NCBI GenBank assembly: GCA_004764695.1
Contig: SMSO01000025.1
Span: forward strand, 372,001-436,000
Source of the DNA: Schizochytrium sp. TIO01
Taxonomy: Eukaryota > Protista > Bigyra: Labyrinthulomycetes
Length of the DNA: 64,000 nt
Direction of reading: 5' to 3'
In this document: in pieces, positions 57,704 to 64,000 of the stretch
How the letters are laid out: the number at the start of each line of letters is the position of its first letter
Position numbering within the stretch: the stretch's first letter is position 1
Made by a program: the position numbers and the translations under genes
The notes under the pieces: generated by a model
What the model was told of the DNA's origin: nothing
Seen by the model: the letters and a program-made list of their open reading frames with translations, nothing else
Databases searched by the model: none

Positions 57704-60700
57704 CCGGGAGTGAGCTCTTCGCTGCTTCGCTACTCTACTTCGTACTTTGCAGCCCTCGACGGCCAAGCCAATCTCGAAAGGCGATCGGGTGCGTGCGTGC
57801 GTGCATGAGATAGATAAATGGTGAGTGAGACGGAGAGGTGTCTGCAGGATTATTGATGCTTGAGCGCAGGGTTTACGAGTAGGGAGTGGGTGGCATGAAT
57901 CGAGTTCTCCCAAACCTCATTCCAAAAGCGTGCGCTGTCGTGGAGCGGAAGCTGCTCCAAGTGCCGCTTCGCTTCGTGGATGGATGCACTTGACCCGTGA
58001 TCGCTGATCGTGGACCAATTGATTTTGGCCAGAGCCGACGGTGATGAAGCTGCAGCCTGAACGCCTTCCAAGGCGCCTAGCGAAGCCAGCAAGAAAGCAG
58101 GCAGGCAAGCAAGCAAAGTTAGCTTGCGTCTTGCCAGAATTGATATCATCTCCAAGTCGCTGGCCGAGTCTAAGTTTCCGAGTTTCGGGACACACGGCAC
58201 CTTTTCCATATATTCAGAGCTCCTCATTGCGATTGCGATTGCAATTGCAATGTAACAATCAATCACAGCGGTGGGTAGCATAGGTAGTAGGTAGGTAGGT
58301 AGGTAGGTAGGTACCTTTGAAAAACTAAGTTGGTTGCAAAAGGCCCTTGCAATTACGTCAGGTTTCGTCATTTTTGCAAGTGCCCTTTCCATGAAGGGAG
58401 AGCGATTAAGGGTGGGTTTTCAGGATAGGCAGTAGGTAAGCGAAGCTCCAATCTTTGTTTTCACAACGTAATCTCATGTTTGTAGATACTGGGAAGGCAC
58501 TGCTTTCTGTTTCCTTGCGCGAATTAAGACACACGCACACACGCTTATTACATTTTATTAAAAAAAGAAAGGAAAGTAAAAAGAGAATGTATTGATTGTT
58601 CTCTATTGTAATAATTATAATTGTAATAATGATTAATTAGCCAACATCATATGCTTTTTATTATGATATTATATTTTATTGATTAAAAAAAGAAAAGAAA
58701 AGAAAAGAGAACTAAAAAGCAGATGAAATGGAATCGCCTTGAGTTGAAAAGGGGCATTTATTTGGATATCATAATTACAATTGGCGTTGTTGTCCTTCGA
58801 AGCTTTTAAACTCTGGCAATCCAAAAAGAATGGAAGAAGGAAACGATTCTTTCCGTATTCTGTTCTTATTGTAAACCAATCTCACCACTTTATTCTCCAT
58901 TCCGTATTTTCCAAAGTTGCGTTCCTTCTGCTTTCGCCCTTTTTGTTGCACATTCCAAACCTTCTTCAACATACGTTTCTACTTCCTCCAAAAAGGAAAA
59001 AAGAAAAAAGAAAAGGAAAAAAGGTTCAACAAATAAAGAAATCTTGAACTCGATCTCACGTGCGGAGGGAAAGCCAGAAAAATAGAATATGCAGCTCGAG
59101 CAATTTAACCTATCTATCGCAGTGCAGTTCGATTCGCTTGTTTTCCCAAACTCAACCTCAACTTTCCTGTGCACGAGTCTCTCGCATGGGATCAGATCAG
59201 GGGTCCGAGCCCGTAGGAGTCCGCACGACTGGCTTGCAGGCACTCAAGCGAGGCAGCCCAATATTGGAAGCGGAGGCGGCGCATTTGCAAAGCGAGCAAA
59301 GCAGTTGCTATCTCTATTAGGTTCTATTCACCTATTAACAACAAAGAGCACCAAAATATAATATCGCAGGAAAAGGAAAAAGGATTAGAGGTGCCTAATA
59401 AATTAAATGCGATTCTCTTTGGAAATCAACAATAAATCAAGGTGATCTTGAGGTTTTTATGATGAGTCATTCATTCTGCTCGCTCTGTGACGATAATCGT
59501 GCGTGCGTGCGTGCGTGCAGTCTTCATGCAGATGGGCGAGACAATGAATGCCTTCACGGACATCGACACAGACTGTCACTTTCCGCAGGAAAAACTCAAG
59601 TCTGAAAAGTCGGATGATGATCCCTAGCGATGGTAATGGCCGAAGGAGGGTCATGCAAATGCCAATGTAAATGCGAATACGAATGTAAATGTGCGATCAA
59701 ATGCGATGATGCGATAGCGATGGCGGAAAAGCGGCAGCGGGGACGCCAATGTTTAGTGGTTCAGAACGAAGAACTTGCCGATTCTGGCATTAACGAATCA
59801 ACGATTTGAGCATTTTGTTTGCGGTCATGAGGACGATTATTGAGCCAATCGTGCTGCACGGGGATGCAACTGATGGAGATATGCTGTGTAATCGCACCAA
59901 TCAGCTGCGTTTGGAACTCCGGCGTTTTCCACGCTGTTCTTTAATTCTGCCCGCATAGCACTCCCTCTTCTGGACGCTAGAAACCACGGCAAGTGCTTCA
60001 TACCTGCTTTGCAAATAGAAGACCTGCACATTCCCAAAGCGTTTTGCAAAAGTGGCAATCGGAAGGAATCGGGCCCGGAGGAGCCAAGAGCTGAATATGA
60101 GCTGGTGCAAACTTTGTTTAAATCTCACCGCGTGGACCAATTGTGCTGGCCATACACCTCTGACCTTCAACACATACGCACGCACCTGCCTTGGTACGTA
60201 CACAAGCAAGATATAACCCATTGCACTTGCGAAAAAAAAGAGCACTAAAGCTTGTGAAATAGGGTATCGATGACACGAAAAACTGTATTATGTATGTAGA
60301 CCCTCTATTTTTGTTTGTTTGTTTGTTTATTTTTTTCCCTTCTGAGACTATACTACATTTTTCTTTTATAATTTCTGAAAACCCAGCCAGGCTATAAATA
60401 AAGAGATAAAAATCTTTCTTTAAAGGAAATAATCAACATGGATTTAGTGGCGTCAGCTCAACGGGTGGCAGGCACTACAAACTTCGAGCACTGTATCGGT
60501 CTCGCGGACCTGCGGAGGAGTCGGAAGCATCAATACAGCTACCTTGGGATACACATGAGACTTGGAGTTTTTGAGTTTGTAAGGCCACGCCAAAACTAGG
60601 TTTGGGCACCTTTGTAAAAGCTGGGTTGTAGTGTTCAGTGAGAATACTCACCCACCTCTTTTGACCAGAGACGTGGTTCTTGTAATCCCATTGGTTTGCT

Positions 60701-62772
60701 TGTCTCCTTAAGGTCAAGATTGGCAAATCGGCGAGCTGCACCCAGTTCCTACAACGGTGCTGTAAGAGTGTTTGACACAGAGATTGATAACTATGAGCTT
60801 ACATTGTGCAACTGTTTATACACAATAAGCACACCCGGGACGGCTCATGGGAACCAGATGATGCTGATAAGTCTCTCTCGATCAATTTCAGAGTACTCTA
60901 CAATTTAACTTCTGTACCTCTTTGCTTCGTCGAACGTGAATTTCCAGAGTACTTCACTCAAGAGCAAGATGTCCTACCTGCTCTATTCGGCAAAAATTGA
61001 TGTTGAGCATGGGATTTCAGACCCACATGTGTGAAGACTGGAACTTCATTTGCACCCATAGCCGACACTGAGTGATAAACGGCTTTCTTAAAAGTGTCAC
61101 ATACTAAGGTAAGTTTGAGTGCTGTCTTTGCTCTTGCCAGTCATTCAATAATGAGAATGCTTGGCTACGAACTTATAACTAAAAAGTGGGCGATTCAAGA
61201 TTGTGAAGAGAGACCGGTTTTCTCCAATCTCTGCTGTGTTTGGGTGTTGCACAAAGATAAAAAGTTACTGAACGAGAAACGCAATTCTTAAGTCAATGCA
61301 CTTCGATTCGTGACGCTGCAGTTTGCATTCTTTAATTCCATGCCAAGGCTCTAAAAATTTGATAGTCGATCCGTACAATTCATCAATGCAACCTTGCGCG
61401 GCCAAACTGAGTCTCCACTCGGCCCATATTAACCTTTTGTCGGAGTTTGGGCATGTGAATCCAGGTTGGTGCGATAGAAAAGCTATTCAGATGTTTTGAA
61501 GACTCTTGAGCAACATCATGTTTCTTACTTTTATTTCTGTTCTTTCCAAAGAGAGTGAGCTTGCTTCGAAAGGGTGGTTTGGTTTCCTGCAGAAATAGTT
61601 GCTACTTAGAAGAAATCAGATGCCCGCTAATAAAGCAAGCTGTATTCTTCCATACGCTGCCTGTCAAACATCTTCAAATCCTTGGTCATCTGATCAATGA
61701 TAAGTTAGCTGGCAGAGACGTCGTCAGAAGCACTGTAAGGAGACCAATCGATAAAGAAAATGTTTATCACATTCATACGTAGCTTGCAATCAAACCACGG
61801 AGAATGCAAAGGACTATAAAGTTCAGAGAGCCACAATACTAATTTGCTTGAGTTTAGGGAATTTATTAAGGGCAAATAATAAATATCATCATCATCATCT
61901 ACATATTTCAAGGTTCGGCAAGGTGACATACCAAGTCGCAAATTCTATATGCTCTTCCGGTCAATCGCAATCACACTGCTTTATCAGAATAAATCAGTAT
62001 AAGTGTATCATCGTGCTATTGTCAGGTTCCTCTCATACTGCTATCCATGTCATCTGATTGAGAAAATGTACGTTAAAGTAGGAACTCTAGGCTGGGTCGC
62101 TCCCGCGATATAGTCATCTTGGTATTTTCCTTGTGTCGAACTATGTATAAGAAAACAAGAACTTTAATGCTCCATCTCAGAGAGAGAAATTTCAGATTAT
62201 AGTAATGAATAGGTAGCTTCGATTTGGTTATATTCTTTCCAACACTTTCCAGCTTTATCAAGACAAAATCTTAACACAGCGCCGACTCGAGGATAGTGTA
62301 GCTTTCAAGTATCTTTGTCAAGTTCAAGTTCAAGTCACAAAACTTTCTTTTATATCTACGTTGAAAAGAAAAGAAAAGAAAAGAAAAGGCAATAGGGCTT
62401 CCATTGAATTCATGATTCGCGAAGAACACAAACTCATACACAAGCGCAAGGTAGCTAAGGTACGAATGAGCCAAAGTGGTCGGTCCTGATCCTAATGCCA
62501 GCTTACCAGCAGACTCGTTGTTTCATTACTTGTTTATGTCAGTGCTAAATTACGAACTTTGGTCTGGCCAGTTTCCAGGTTAAACTACACAACCTCCACC
62601 CAGGTCTTTTATATATATCCCCCCCCCCTAGAATAAAAGTAGAAAAAAGGTTTTTGAAGCAATGACTTCCGCCATTATGTATAAATAGAAAAGAAAAAAA
62701 AAGGTTGTCTTATTCTTTTCATTGAATAAAGTTTACTTATATTAAAATAAAATACAAAATGAAAATAATAAT

Positions 62773-62773
<1 letters not shown>

Positions 62774-62813
<40 letters not shown>
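62774..62813. repeat. (AAGA)n microsatellite
   Basis: Direct observation. Confidence 0.9.
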
Positions 62814-62815
<2 letters not shown>

Positions 62816-63236
62816 GAAAGATAGAATAGAAAGAATAATTTCCAATCCCTAGTACCTGATCCCTGTTGCCTAGTACCTGTAATTATACATAGAGAAATGG
62901 AAATAAGAATAAAATAATACCACGCACACTTTAGGAAAAGGAGTACAACGTCACAGTAAGAATTATGATAAATTAACCCTCTGAATGAAAGACATTGGGA
63001 ATGAAAGACAAGGTGCGACAAAGTAGTGTGAGGGAGAATTTGAGTGCAAAATTGAGTCAATGATCAACCGCACAGAAACACTCAGGCCAAGATCATCAAG
63101 ACAATTAGAAGGACTGCGAGTGCAAATACAGGAGGGCCCAGTTGAGGAGGAGAGCAATTCAATCCCAAAGTACAAAAACCGACTCACTCATCACGGAGTA
63201 CGGTCAGCCCTACACCTTGCTTTGAGCATTGAAGTG

Positions 63237-63288
63237 CTCTAATCTAATCGTCTCAGATCTTACTCTAATCTAATCGTCTCAGATCTTA
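63237..63288. repeat. Perfect 26-bp tandem duplication
   Basis: CTCTAATCTAATCGTCTCAGATCTTA occurs twice in tandem. Confidence 0.9.
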
Positions 63289-63858
63289 AGTCGGTGCGAG
63301 TTCCGCCAATTTCACTACATCGGCACCATCATTTGCGAAGGTTGGCGGCGTCTTTCCGAATACTACTTCCTCTGTGTCCTTGATCGCAGTGGAATAGAAG
63401 ACAGCCGTGTCTAGCTAGCTAGCTATTGAACAAGCGTAAAACTGAAGCATTTTTTCCACGAGCCACCTTGCTTGGCCTGTCAGGCACCACGAGCTTCCGC
63501 TGATTCAGATGAGCCGCAAACATCCTAAACGAAGCTAGTCGAGTCTAGCTTTGAAGAAGATCGCAAAGATCCCGGACTCGTTTGACAATGTAGTTACATA
63601 CAGTCTCTACAATAAATGTGCAGAAGATAAGAAGACAACCAAAGAGGACTTTCGATCTATAGACAAAAAAGTGAGGGGGCGGACCACGCGTGCAATCATG
63701 TATCCATCCGCCGCGATCTTGCACATTGACTGCGCCTTGGACTTACTATCGGCTGGCAACGGGCCAGAAGCCCACGGCCTCGTTGGAAGCTCGCTAGGTG
63801 CGTGGATTGTGCGCCTTGTTTGGACGTCCGGGCCTCAGCTTGCTTTGGGCATACATTT

Positions 63859-63997
63859 GCATTCATTCATTCATTCATTCATTCATTCATTCATTCATTC
63901 ATTCATTCATTCATTCATTCATTCATTCATTCATTCATTCATTCATTCATTCATTCATTCATTCACTCACTCACTCACTCACTCACTCACTCATTCA
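63859..63997. repeat. Long compound (CATT)n(CACT)n microsatellite
   Basis: About 140 bp of tetranucleotide repeat. Confidence 0.93.
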
Positions 63998-64000
63998 TCG

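Noticed and set aside
46499-64000. Transposon or endogenous viral element in the gene-free region
   Set aside because: No transposase, reverse transcriptase, integrase or capsid motifs in the ORF track, and I could not identify terminal repeats or target-site duplications.

Overview
Eukaryotic nuclear DNA, compact and intron-poor. Gene content and tetranucleotide microsatellite mosaics resemble a thraustochytrid/labyrinthulomycete stramenopile (inference). Bases 1-46.5 kb are gene-dense: a MutS-family C-terminus, a 2,200-aa multi-TM pseudo-lipase with C2 domains, a coiled-coil gene and an SMPD4 homologue each interrupted by a +1 frame break, a 55-aa ATP synthase subunit f-like gene missed by the ORF track, NFU1, a tetraspanin, a voltage-sensor/RGS fusion head-to-head with an EGF-7TM receptor-like gene, a cytochrome P450, an FN3/IQ protein and a diacylglycerol kinase. 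At 38.2-42.1 kb are 11 identical tRNA-Leu(AAG) genes: two divergent 5-gene arrays with ~175-bp period plus one extra copy. Bases 46.5-64 kb contain no convincing gene but carry microsatellites and two motif arrays (TGACA x19, TCATGTG x6). The most striking candidate system is the voltage-sensor-RGS protein paired with the 7TM gene. All family assignments are by motif recognition; no database search was run.
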